Source of the DNA: the human T2T-CHM13v2.0 reference genome, Homo sapiens
Reading direction: 5' to 3' (one strand)
Assembly (NCBI RefSeq): GCF_009914755.1
Contig: NC_060927.1
Length of the DNA: 64,000 bases
Shown: piece after piece, positions 32,701 through 47,200 of the stretch
How the letters are laid out: every line of letters begins with the position of its first letter
Position numbering within the stretch: position 1 is the first letter of the stretch
Made by a program: the position numbers and the translations under genes
The notes under the pieces: generated by a model
The model's database searches: none
Told to the model about the DNA's origin: nothing
What the model saw: the letters and a program-made list of their open reading frames with translations, nothing else

Positions 32701-35006
32701 TATACTGTATATAAAATATGAAAGTACATCAAATATATATTTTATTCTGTACATAAAATATCAAAGTACACCAGATATATATTCTATAGTGTACATAAAA
32801 TATCAAAGTACCCAAACTATACATTATATACTGTACATAAAATATGAAATTACATGAAATATATATTATATTAGGTACATAAAATACGAAAGTACATCAA
32901 ATATAGATTATATACTGTACATAAAATATCAAAGTACCCCAATATATATTATATACTGTACATGAAATATCAAAGTTCACAAACTATATATTATGTACTG
33001 TACATAAAATATCAAAGTACCCAAGGTATATATTCTATACTGTACAAAAAATATCAAAGTACCCAAAGCATGTATTATATAATGTACATAAAATATGAAA
33101 GTACATCAAATATATATTTTATTCTGTACATAAAATATCAAAGAACACCAGATATATATTCTATAGTGTACATAAAATATCAAAGTACCCAAACTATACA
33201 TTATATACTGTACATAAAATATGAAATTACATCATATATATATTAGGTACATAAAATATGAAAGCACATCAAATATATATTTTATTCTGTACATAAAATA
33301 TCAAAGTACACCAGATATATATTCTATAGTGTACATAAAATAACAAAGTACACAAACTATAAATTATATACTGTACATAAAATATGAAATTACATCAAAT
33401 ATATATTAGGTACATAAAATATGAAAGTACATCAAATATAGATTATATACTGTACATATAATATCAATGTACCCGAAATATATATTTTATACTCTACATG
33501 AAATATCAAAGTTCACAAACCATATATTGTATACTGCACATAAAATATCAAAATACCCAAGGTATATATTCTATACTGTACAAAAAATATCAAAGTACCC
33601 AAAGCAGGTATTATATACTGTACATAAAATATGAAAGTACATCAAATATATATTTTATTCTGTACATAAAATATCAAAGTACACCAGATATATATTCTAT
33701 AGCGTACATAAAATATCAAAGTACACAAACTATACATTATATACTGTACATAAAATATGAAATTACATCAAATATATATTATATTAGGTACATAAAACAT
33801 GAAAGTACATCAAATATAGATTATATACTGTAAATATAATATCAATGTACCCCAAATATATATTTTATACTCTACATGAAATATCAAAGTTCACAAACCA
33901 TATATTATATACTGTACATAAAATATCAAAGTACCCAAGGTATATATTCTATACTGTACAAAAAATATCAAAGTACCCAAAGCATGTATTATATACTGTA
34001 CATAAAATATGAAAGTACATCAAATATATATTTTATTCTGTACATAAAATATCAAAGTACACCAGATATATATTCTATAGTGTACATAAAATATCAAAGT
34101 ACCCAAACTATACATTATACACTGTACATAAAATATGAAATTACATTAAATATATATTATATTAGGTAAATGAAATATGAAAGTACATCAAATATAGATT
34201 ATATACTGTACATAAAATATGAAACTACCCCAAATATATATTATATACTCTACATGAAATATCAAAGTTCACAAACTATATATTATATACTGTCCATAAA
34301 ATATCAAAGTACCCAAGGTATATATTTTATACTGTACAAAAAATATCAAAGTACCCAAAGCATGTATTATATACTATACCTAAAATATGAAAGTACATCA
34401 AATATATATGTTTTATTCTGTACATAAAATATCAAAGTACACCAGATATATATTCTACAGTGTATATAAAATATCAAAGTACCCAAACTATACATTATAT
34501 ACTGTACATAAAATATGAAATTACATCAAATATATATTATATTAGGTACATAAAATATGAAAGTACATGAAGTATAGATTATATACTGTACATAAAATAT
34601 CAAAGTACCCCAAATTTATATTATATACTATACATGAAATATCAAAGTTCACAAACTATATATTATATACTGTACATAAAATATCAAAGTATCCAAGGTA
34701 TATATTTTATAGTGTACAAAAAATATCAAAGTACCCAAAGCATGTATTATATACCGTACGTAAAATATAAAATTACATCAAATATATATTTTATTCTGTA
34801 CATAAAATATCAAAGTACACCAGATATATATACTATAGTGTACATAAAATATCAAAGTACCCAAACTATACATTATACACTGCACATAAAATATGAAATT
34901 ACATCAAATATATATTAGGTACATAAAATATGAAAGTACATCAAATATAGATTATATACTGTAAATATAAAATCAATGTACCCCAAATATATATTTTATA
35001 CTCTAC
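26734..35006 (+). repeat. 3760-bp tandem duplication (90 monomers), about 2.2 copies
   Basis: Offsets of 3760: 27047/30807/34567, 27114/30874/34634, 27746/31506, 28447/32207, 29738/33498, 30410/34170. Shared rare variants include ACATGAAGTATAG, ATACCGTACGT, CAATGCATG and GAAAGCACATC. Confidence 0.92.
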
Positions 35007-38000
35007 ATGAAATATCAAAGTTCACAAACCATATATTATATACTGTACATAAAATATCAAAGTACCCAAGGTATATATTCTATACTGTACAAAAAATATC
35101 AAAGTACCCAAAGCATGTATTATATACTGTACATAAAATATGAAAGTACATCAAATATATATTTTATTCTGTACATAAAATATCAAAGTACACCAGATAT
35201 ATATTCTATAGTGTACATAAAATATCAAAGTACCCAAACTATACATTATATACTGTACATAAAATATGAAATTACATCAAATATATATTATATTAGGTAC
35301 ATGAAATTTGAAAGTACATCAAATATAGATTATATACTGTACATAAAATATGAAAGTACCCCAAATATATATTATATACTCTACATGAAATATCAAAGTT
35401 CACAAACTATATATTATATACTGTCCATAAAATATCAAAGTACCCAAGGTATATATTCTATACTGTACAAAAAATATCAAAGTATCCAAAGCATGTATTA
35501 TATACTGTATATAAAATATGAAAGTACATCAAATATATATTTTATTCTGTACATAAAATATCAAAGTACAACAGATATATATTCTATAGTGTACATAAAA
35601 TATCAAAGTACCCAAACTATACATTATATACTGTACATAAAATATGAAATTACAGCAAATATATATTATATTAGGTACATAAAATATGAAAGTACATCAA
35701 ATATAGATTATATACTGTACATTAAATACCAAAGTACCCCAAATATATATTTTATACTGTACATGAAATATCAAAGTTCACAAACTATATATTATATACT
35801 GTACATAAAATATCAATGTACCCAAGGTATATATTCTATACTGCACAAAAAATATCAAAGTACCCAAAGCATGTATTATATACTGTATATAAAATATGAA
35901 AGTACATCAAATATATATTTTATTCTGTACATAAAATATCAAAGTACACCAGATATATATTCTATAGTGTACATAAAATATCAAAGTACCCAAACTATAC
36001 ATTATATACTGTACATAAAATATGAAATTACATCAAATATATATTATATTAGGTACATAAAATACGAAAGTACATCAAATATAGATTATATACTGTACAT
36101 AAAATATCAAAGTACCCCAATATATATTATATACTGTACATGAAATATCAAAGTTCACAAACTATATATTATGTACTGTACATAAAATATCAAAGTACCC
36201 AAGGTATATATTCTATACTGCACAAAAAATATCAAAGTACCCAAAGCATGTATTATATACTGTATATAAAATATGAAAGTACATCAAATATATATTTTAT
36301 TCTGTACATAAAATATCAAAGTACACCAGATATATATTCTATAGTGTACATAAAATATCAAAGTACCCAAACTATACATTATATACTGTACATAAAATAT
36401 GAAATTACATCAAATATATATTATATTAGGTACATTAAATACGAAAGTACATCAAATATAGATTATATACTGTACATAAAATATGAAAGTACCCCAATAT
36501 ATATTATATACTCTACATGAAATATCAAAGTTCACAAACTATATATTATGTACTGTACATAAAATATCAAACTACCCAAGGTATATATTCTATACTGTAC
36601 AAAAAATATCAAAGTACCCAAAGCATGTATTATATAATGTACATAAAATATGAAAGTACATCAAATATATATTTTATTCTGTACATAAAATATCAAAGAA
36701 CACCAGATATATATTCTATAGTGTACATAAAATATCAAAGTACCCAAACTATACATTATATACTGTACATAAAATATGAAATTACATCAAATATATATTA
36801 TATTAGGTACATAAAATATGAAAGTACATCAAATATAGATTATATACTGTAAATATAATATCAATGTACCCCAAATATATATTTTATACTGTACATGAAA
36901 TATCAAAGTTCACAAACCATATATTATATACTGTACATAAAATATCAAAGTACCCAAGGTATATATTCTATACTGTACAAAAAATATCAAAGTACCCAAA
37001 GCATGTATTATATACTGTACATAAAATATGAAAGTACATCAAATATATATTTTATTCTGTACATAAAATATCAAAGTACACCAGATATATATTCTATAGT
37101 GTACATAAAATATCAAAGTACCCAAACTATACATTATATACTGTACATAAAATATGAAATTACATCAAATATATATTATATTAGGTAAATGAAATATGAA
37201 AGTACATCAAATATAGATTATATACTGTACATAAAATATGAAAGTACCCCAAATATATATTATATACTCTACATGAAATATCAAAGTTCACAAACTATAT
37301 ATTATATACTGTACATAAAATATCAAAGTACCCAAGGTATATATTCTATACTGTACAAAAAATATCAAAGTATCCAAAGCATGTATTATATACTGTATAT
37401 AAAATATGAAAGTACATCAAATATATATTTTATTCTGTACATAAAATATCAAAGTACACCAGATATATATTCTATAGTGTACATAAAATATCAAAGTACC
37501 CAAGCTATACATTATATACTGTACATAAAATATGAAATTACAGCAAATATATATTATATTAGGTACATAAAATATGAAAGTACATCAAATATAGATTATA
37601 TACTGTACATTAAATACCAAAGTACCCCAAATATATATTTTATACTGTACATGAAATATCAAAGTTCACAAACTATATATTATATACTGTACATAAAATA
37701 TCAATGTACCCAAGGTATATATTCTATACTGCACAAAAAATATCAAAGTACCCAAAGCATGTATTATATACTGTATATAAAATATGAAAGTACATCAAAT
37801 ATATATTTTATTCTGTACATAAAATATCAAAGTACACCAGATATATATTCTAATGTGTACATAAAATATCAAAGTACCCAAACTATACATTATATACTGT
37901 ACATAAAATATGAAATTACATCAAATATATATTATATTAGGTACATAAAATACGAAAGTACATCAAATATAGATTATATACTGTACATAAAATATCAAAG

Positions 38001-41000
38001 TACCCCAATATATATTATATACTGTACATGAAATATCAAAGTTCACAAACTATATATTATGTACTGTACATAAAATATCAAAGTACCCAAGGTATATATT
38101 CTATACTGTACAAAAAATATCAAAGTACCCAAAGCATGTATTATATAATGTACATAAAATATGGAAGTACATCAAATATATATTTTATTCTGTACATAAA
38201 ATATCAAAGAACACCAGACATATATTCTATAGTGTACATAAAATATCAAAGTACCCAAACTATACATTATATACTGTACATAAAATATGAAATTACATCA
38301 TATATATATTAGGTACATAAAATATGAAAGTACATCAAATATATATTTTATTCTGTACATAAAATATCAAAGTACACCAGATATATATTCTATAGTGTAC
38401 ATAAAATAACAAAGTACACAAACTATAAATTATATACTGTACATAAAATATGAAATTACATCAAATATATATTAGGTACATAAAATATGAAAGTACATCA
38501 AATATAGATTATATACTGTACATATAATATCAATGTACCCGAAATATATATTTTATACTCTACATGAAATATCAAAGTTCACAAACCATATATTGTATAC
38601 TGCACATAAAATATCAAAATACCCAATGTATATATTCTATACTGTACAAAAAATATCAAAGTACCCAAAGCAGGTATTATATACTGTACATAAAATATGA
38701 AAGTACATCAAATATATATTTTATTCTGTACATAAAATATCAAAGTACACCAGATATATATTCTATAGTGTACATAAAATATCAAAGTACCCAAACTATA
38801 CATTATATACTGTACATAAAATATGAAATTACATCAAATATATATTATATTAGGTACATAAAATACGAAAGTACATCAAATATAGATTATATACTGTACA
38901 TAAAATATCAAAGTACCCCAATATATATTATATACTGTATATGAAATATCAAAGTTCACAAACTATATATTATATACTGTACATAAAATATCAAAGTACC
39001 CAAGGTATATATTCTATAGTGTACAAAAAATATCAAAGTACCCAAAGCATGTATTATATACTGTACATAAAATATAAAATTACATCAAATATATATTTTA
39101 TTCTGTACATAAAATATCAAAGTACACCAGATATATATTCTATAGTGTACATAAAATATCAAAGTACCCAAACTATACATTATACACTGTACATAAAATA
39201 TGAAATTACATCAAATATATATTCGGTACATAAAATATGAAAGTACATCAAATATAGATTATATACTGTAAATATAATATCAATGTACCCCAAATATATA
39301 TTTTATACTCTACATGAAATATCAAAGTTCACAAACCATATATTATATACTGTACATAAAATATCAAAGTACCCAAGGTATATATTCTATACTGTACAAA
39401 AAATATCAAAGTACCGAAAGCATGTATTATATACTGTACATAAAATATGAAAGTACATCAAATATATATTTTATTCTGTACATAAAATATCAAAGTACAC
39501 CAGATTTATATTCTATAGTGTACATAAAATATCAAAGTACCCAAACTATACATTATATACTGTACATAAAATATGAAATTACATCAAATATATATTATAT
39601 TAGGTACATGAAATAGGAAAGAACATCAAATATAGATTATATACTGTATATAAAATATGAAAGTACCCCAAATATATATTATATACTCTACATGAAATAT
39701 CAAAGTTCACCAACTATATATTATATACTGTACATAAAATATCAAAGTACCCAAGGTATATATTCTATACTGTACAAAAAATATCAAAGTATCCAAAGTA
39801 TGTATTATATACTGTATATAAAATATGAAAGTACATCAAATATATATTTTATTCTGTACATAAAATATCAAAGTACACCAGATATATATTCTATAGTGTA
39901 CATAAAATATCAAAGTCCCCAAACTATACATTATATACTGTACATAAAATATGAAATTACAGCAAATATATATTATATTAGGTACATAAAATATGAAAGT
40001 ACATCAAATATAGATTATATACTGTACATTAAATACCAAAGTACCCCAAATATATATTTTATACTGTACATGAAATATCAAAGTTCACAAACTATATATT
40101 ATATACTGTACATAAAATATCAATGTACCCAAGGTATATATACTATACTGCACAAAAAATATCAAAGTACCCAAAGCATGTATTATATACTGTATATAAA
40201 ATATGAAAGTATATCAAATATATATTTTATTCTGTACATAAAATATAAAAGTACACCAGATATATATTCTATAGTGTACATAAAATATCAAAGTACCCAA
40301 ACTATACATTATATACTGTACATAAAATATGAAATTACATCAAATATATATTATATTAGGTACATAAAATACGAAAGTACATCAAATATAGATTATATAC
40401 TGTACATAAAATATCAAAGTACCCCAATATATATTATATACTGTACATGAAATATCAAAGTTCACAAACTATATATTATGTACTGTACATAAAATATCAA
40501 AGTACCCAAGGTATATATTCTATATTGTACAAAAAATATCAAAGTACCCAAAGCATGTATTATATAATGTACATAAAATATGAAAGTACATCAAATATAT
40601 ATTTTATTCTGTACATAAAATATCAAAGAACACCAGATATATATTCTATAGTGTACATAAAATATCAAAGTACCCAAAGTATACATTATATACTGTACAT
40701 AAAATATGAAATTACGTCATATATATATTAGGTACATAAAATATGAAAGTACATCAAATATATATTTTATTCTGTACATAAAATATCAAAGTACACCAGA
40801 TATATATTCTACAGTGTACATAAAATATCAAAGTACCCAAACTATACATTATATACTGTACATAAAATATGAAATTACATCAAATATATATTATATTAGG
40901 TACATAAAATACGAAAGTACATCAAATATAGATTATATACTGTACATAAAATATCAAAGTACCCAATATATATTATATACTGTACATGAAATATCAAAGT

Positions 41001-44000
41001 TCACAAACTATATATTATGTACTGTACATAAAATATCAAAGTACCGAAGGTATATATTCTATACTGTACAAAAAATATCAAAGTACCCAAAGCATGTATT
41101 ATAAAATGTACATAAAATATGAAAGTACATCAAATATATATTTTATTCTGTACATAAAATATCAAAGTACACCAGATATATATTCTATAGCGTACATAAA
41201 ATATCAAAGTACACAAACTATACATTATATACTGTACATAAAATATGAAATTACATCAAATATATATTATATTAGGTAAATGAAATATGAAAGTACATCT
41301 AATATAGATTATATACTGTACATAAAATATGAAAGTACCCCAAATATATATTATATACTCTACATGAAATATCAAAGTTCACAAACTATATATTATATAC
41401 TGTACATAAAATATCAAAGTACCCAAGGTACATATTCTATACTGTACAAAAAATATCAAAGTATCCAAAGCATGTATTATATACTGTATATAAAATATGA
41501 AAGTACATCAAATATATATTTTATTCTGTACATAAAATATCAAAGTACACCAGATATATATTCTATAGCGTACATAAAATATCAAAGTACACAAACTATA
41601 CATTATATACTGTACATAAAATATGAAATTACATCAAATATATATTATATTAGGTACATAAAATATGAAAGTACATCAAATATAGATTATATACTGTACA
41701 TATAATATCAATGTACCCCAAATATATATTTTATACTCTACATGAAATATCAAAGTTCACAAACCATATATTATATACTGTACATAAAATATCAAAGTAC
41801 CCAAGGTATATATTCTATACTGTACAAAAAATATCAAAGTACCCAAAGCATGTATTATATACTGTACATAAAATATGAAAGTACATCAAATATATATTTT
41901 ATTCTGTACATAAAATATCAAAGTACACCAGATATATATTCTATAGTGTACATAAAATATCAAAGTACCCAAACTATACATTATATACTGTACATAAAAT
42001 ATGAAATTACATCAAATATATATTATATTAGGTAAATGAAATATGAAAGTACATCAAATATAGATTATATACTGTACATAAAATATGAAAGTACCCCAAA
42101 TATATATTATATACTCTACATGAAATATCAAAGTTCACAAACTATATATTATATACTGTACATAAAATATCAAAGTACCCAAGGTATATCTTCTATACTG
42201 TACAAAAAATATCAAAGTATCCAAAGCATGTATTATATACTGTATATAAAATATGAAAGTACATCAAATATATATTTTATTCTGTACATAAAATATCAAA
42301 GTACACCAGATATATATTCTATAGTGTACATAAAATATCAAAGTACCCAAACTATACATTATATACTGTACATAAAATATGAAATTACAGCAAATATATA
42401 TTATATTAGGTACATAAAATATGAAAGTACATCAAATATAGATTATATACTCTACATTAAATACCAAAGTACCCCAAATATATATTTTATACTGTACATG
42501 AAATATCAAAGTTCACAAACTATATATTATATACTGTACATAAAATATCAATGTACCCAAGGTATATATTCTATACTGCACAAAAAATATCAAAGTACCC
42601 AAAGCATGTATTATATACTGTATATAAAATATGAAAGTACATCAAATATATATTTTATTCTGTACATAAAATATCAAAGTACACCAGATATATATTCTAT
42701 AGTGTACATAAAATATCAAAGTACCCAAACTATACATTATATACTGTACATAAAATATGAAATTACATCAAATACATATTATATTAGGTACATAAAATAC
42801 GAAAGTACATCAAATATAGATTATATACTGTACATAAAATATGAAAGTACCCCAATATATATTATATACTCTACATGAAATATCAAAGTTCACAAACTAT
42901 ATATTATGTACTGTACATAAAATATCAAAGTACCCAAGGTATATATTCTATACTGTACAAAAAATATCAAAGTACCCAAAGCATGTATTATATAATGTAC
43001 ATAAAATATGAAAGTACATCAAATATATATTTTATTCTGTACATAAAATATCAAAGAACACCAGATATATATTCTATAGTGTACATAAAATATCAAAGTA
43101 CCCAAACTATACATTATATACTGTACATAAAATATGAAATTACAGCAAATATATATTATATTAGGTACATAAAATATGAAAGTACATCAAATATAGATTA
43201 TATACTGTACATTAAATACCAAAGTACCCCAAATATATATTTTATACTGTACATGAAATATCAAAGTTCACAAACTATATATTATATACTGTACATAAAA
43301 TATCAATGTACCCAAGGTATATATTCTATACTGCACAAAAAATATCAAAGTACCCAAAGCATGTATTATATACTGTATATAAAATATGAAAGTACATCAA
43401 ATATATATTTTATTCTGTACATAAAATATCAAAGTACACCAGATATATATTCTATAGTGTACATAAAATAACAAAGTACACAAACTATAAATTATATCCT
43501 GTACATAAAATATGAAATTACATCAAATATATATTAGGTACATAAAATATGAAAGTACATCAAATATAGATTATATACTGTACATTAAGTACCAAAGTAC
43601 ACCAAATATATATTTTATTCTGTACATAAAATATCAAAGTACACCAGATATATATTCTATAGTGTACATAAAATATCAAAGTACCCAAACTATACATTAT
43701 ATACTGTACATAAAATATGAAATTACATCAAATATATATTATATTAGGTAAATGAAATATGAAAGTACATCAAATATAGATTATATACTGTACATGAAAT
43801 ATGAAAGTACCCCAAATATATATTATATACTCTACATGAAATATCAAAGTTCACAAACTATATATTATATACTGTACATAAAATATCAAAGTACCCAAGG
43901 TATATATTCTATACTGTACAAAAAATATCAAAGTATCCAAAGCATGTATTATATACTGTATATAAAATATGAAAGTACATCAAATATATATTTTATTCTG

Positions 44001-44211
44001 TACATAAAATATCAAAGTACACCAGATATATATTCTATAGTGTACATAAAATATCAAAGTACCCAAACTATACATTATATACTGTACATAAAATATGAAA
44101 TTACAGCAAATATATATTATATTAGGTACATAAAATATGAAAGTACATCAAATATAGATTATATACTCTACATTAAATACCAAAGTACCCCAAATATATA
44201 TTTTATTCTGT

Positions 44212-47200
44212 ACATGAAATATCAAAGTTCACAAACTATATATTATATACTGTACATAAAATATCAATGTACCCAAGGTATATATTCTATACTGCACAAA
44301 AAATATCAAAGTACCCAAAGCATGTATTATATACTGTATATAAAATATGAAAGTACATCAAATATATATTTTATTCTGTACATAAAATATCAAAGTACAC
44401 CAGATATATATTCTATAGTGTACATAAAATATCAAAGTACCCAAACTATACATTATATACTGTACATAAAATATGAAATTACATCAAATATATATTATAT
44501 TAGGTACATAAAATACGAAAGTACATCAAATATAGATTATATACTGTACATAAAATATGAAAGTACCCCAATATATATTATATACTCTACATGAAATATC
44601 AAAGTTCACAAACTATATATTATGTACTGTACATAAAATATCAAACTACCCAAGGTATATATTCTATACTGTACAAAAAATATCAAAGTACCCAAAGCAT
44701 GTATTATATAATGTACATAAAATATGAAAGTACATCAAATATATATTTTATTCTGTACATAAAATATCAAAGAACACCAGATATATATTCTATAGTGTAC
44801 ATAAAATATCAAAGTACCCAAACTATACATTATATACTGTACATAAAATATGAAATTACCTCAAATATATATTATATTAGGTACATAAAATATGAAAGTA
44901 CATCAAATATAGATTATATACTGTAAATATAATATCAATGTACCCCAAATATATATTTTATACTCTACATGAAATATCAAAGTTCACAAACCATATATTA
45001 TATACTGTACATAAAATATCAAAGTACCCAAGGTATATATTCTATACTGTACAAAAAATATCAAAGTACCCAAAGCATGTATTATATACTGTACATAAAA
45101 TATGAAAGTACATCAAATATATATTTTATTCTGTACATAAAATATCAAAGTACACCAGATATATATTCTATAGTGTACATAAAATATCAAAGTACCCAAA
45201 CTATACATTATATACTGTACATAAAATATGAAATTACATCAAATATATATTATATTAGGTACATAAAATATGAAAGTACATCAAATATAGATTATATACT
45301 GTAAATATAATATCAATGTACCCCAAATATATATTTTATACTCTACATGAAATATCAAAGTTCACAAACCATATATTATATACTGTACATAAAATATCAA
45401 AGTACCCAAGGTATATATTCTATACTGTACAAAAAATATCAAAGTACCCAAAGCATGTATTATATACTATACCTAAAATATGAAAGTACATCAAATATAT
45501 ATTTTATTCTGTACATAAAATATCAAAGTACACCAGATATATATTCTACAGTGTACATAAAATATCAAAGTACCCAAACTATACATTATATACTGTACAT
45601 AAAATATGAAATTACATCAAATATATATTATATTAGGTACATAAAATACGAAAGTACATCAAATATAGATTATATACTGTACATAAAATATCAAAGTACC
45701 CCAATATATATTATATACTGTACATGAAATATCAAAGTTCACAAACTATATATTATGTACTGTACATAAAATATCAAAGTACCCAAGGTATATATTCTAT
45801 ACTGTACAAAAAATATCAAAGTACCCAAAGCATGTATTATATAATGTACATAAAATATGAAAGTACATCAAATATATATTTTATTCTGTACATAAAATAT
45901 CAAAGTACACCAGATATATATTCTATAGCGTACATAAAATATCAAAGTACACAAACTATACATTATATACTGTACATAAAATATGAAATTACATCAAATA
46001 TATATTATATTAGGTAAATGAAATATGAAAGTACATCAAATATAGATTATATACTGTACATAAAATATGAAAGTACCCCAAATATATATTATATACTCTA
46101 CATGAAATATCAAAGTTCACAAACTATATATTATATACTGTACATAAAATATCAAAGTACCCAAGGTATATATTCTATACTGTACAAAAAATATCAAAGT
46201 ATCCAAAGCATGTATTATATACTGTATATAAAATATGAAAGTACATCAAATATATATTTTATTCTGTACATAAAATATCAAAGTACACCAGATATATATT
46301 CTATAGCGTACATAAAATATCAAAGTACACAAACTGTACATTATATACTGTACATAAAATATGAAATTACATCAAATATATATTATATTAGGTACATAAA
46401 ATATGAAAGTACATCAAATATAGATTATATACTGTAAATATAATATCAATGTACCCCAAATATATATTTTATACTCTACATGAAATATCAAAGTTCACAA
46501 ACCATATATTATATACTGTACATAAAATATCAAAGTACCCAAGGTATATATTCTAAACTGTACAAAAAATATCAAAGTACCCAAAGCATGTATTATATAC
46601 TGTACATAAAATATGAAAGTACATCAAATATATATTTTATTCTGTACATAAAATATCAAAGTACACCAGATATATATTCTATAGTGTACATAAAATATCA
46701 AAGTACCCAAACTATACATTATATACTGTACATAAAATATGAAATTACATCAAATATATATTATATTAGGTAAATGAAATATGAAAGTACATCAAATATA
46801 GATTATATACTGTACATAAAATATGAAAGTACCCCAAATATATATTATATACTCTACATGAAATATCAAAGTTCACAAACTATATATTATATACTGTCCA
46901 TAAAATATCAAAGTACCCCAGGTATATATTTTATACTGTACAAAAAATATCAAAGTACCCAAAGCATGTATTATATACTATACCTAAAATATGAAAGTAC
47001 ATCAAATATATATTTTATTCTGTACATAAAATATCAAAGTACACCAGATATATATACTATAGTGTACATAAAATATCAAAGTACCCAAACTATACATTAT
47101 ACACTGCACATAAAATATGAAATTACATCAAATATATATTAGGTACATAAAATATGAAAGTACATCAAATATAGATTATATACTGTAAATATAATATCAA

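Noticed and set aside
35007-36143. ORF length of 378 aa equal to the 378-bp unit length
   Set aside because: Arithmetic consequence of spanning three 378-bp units.
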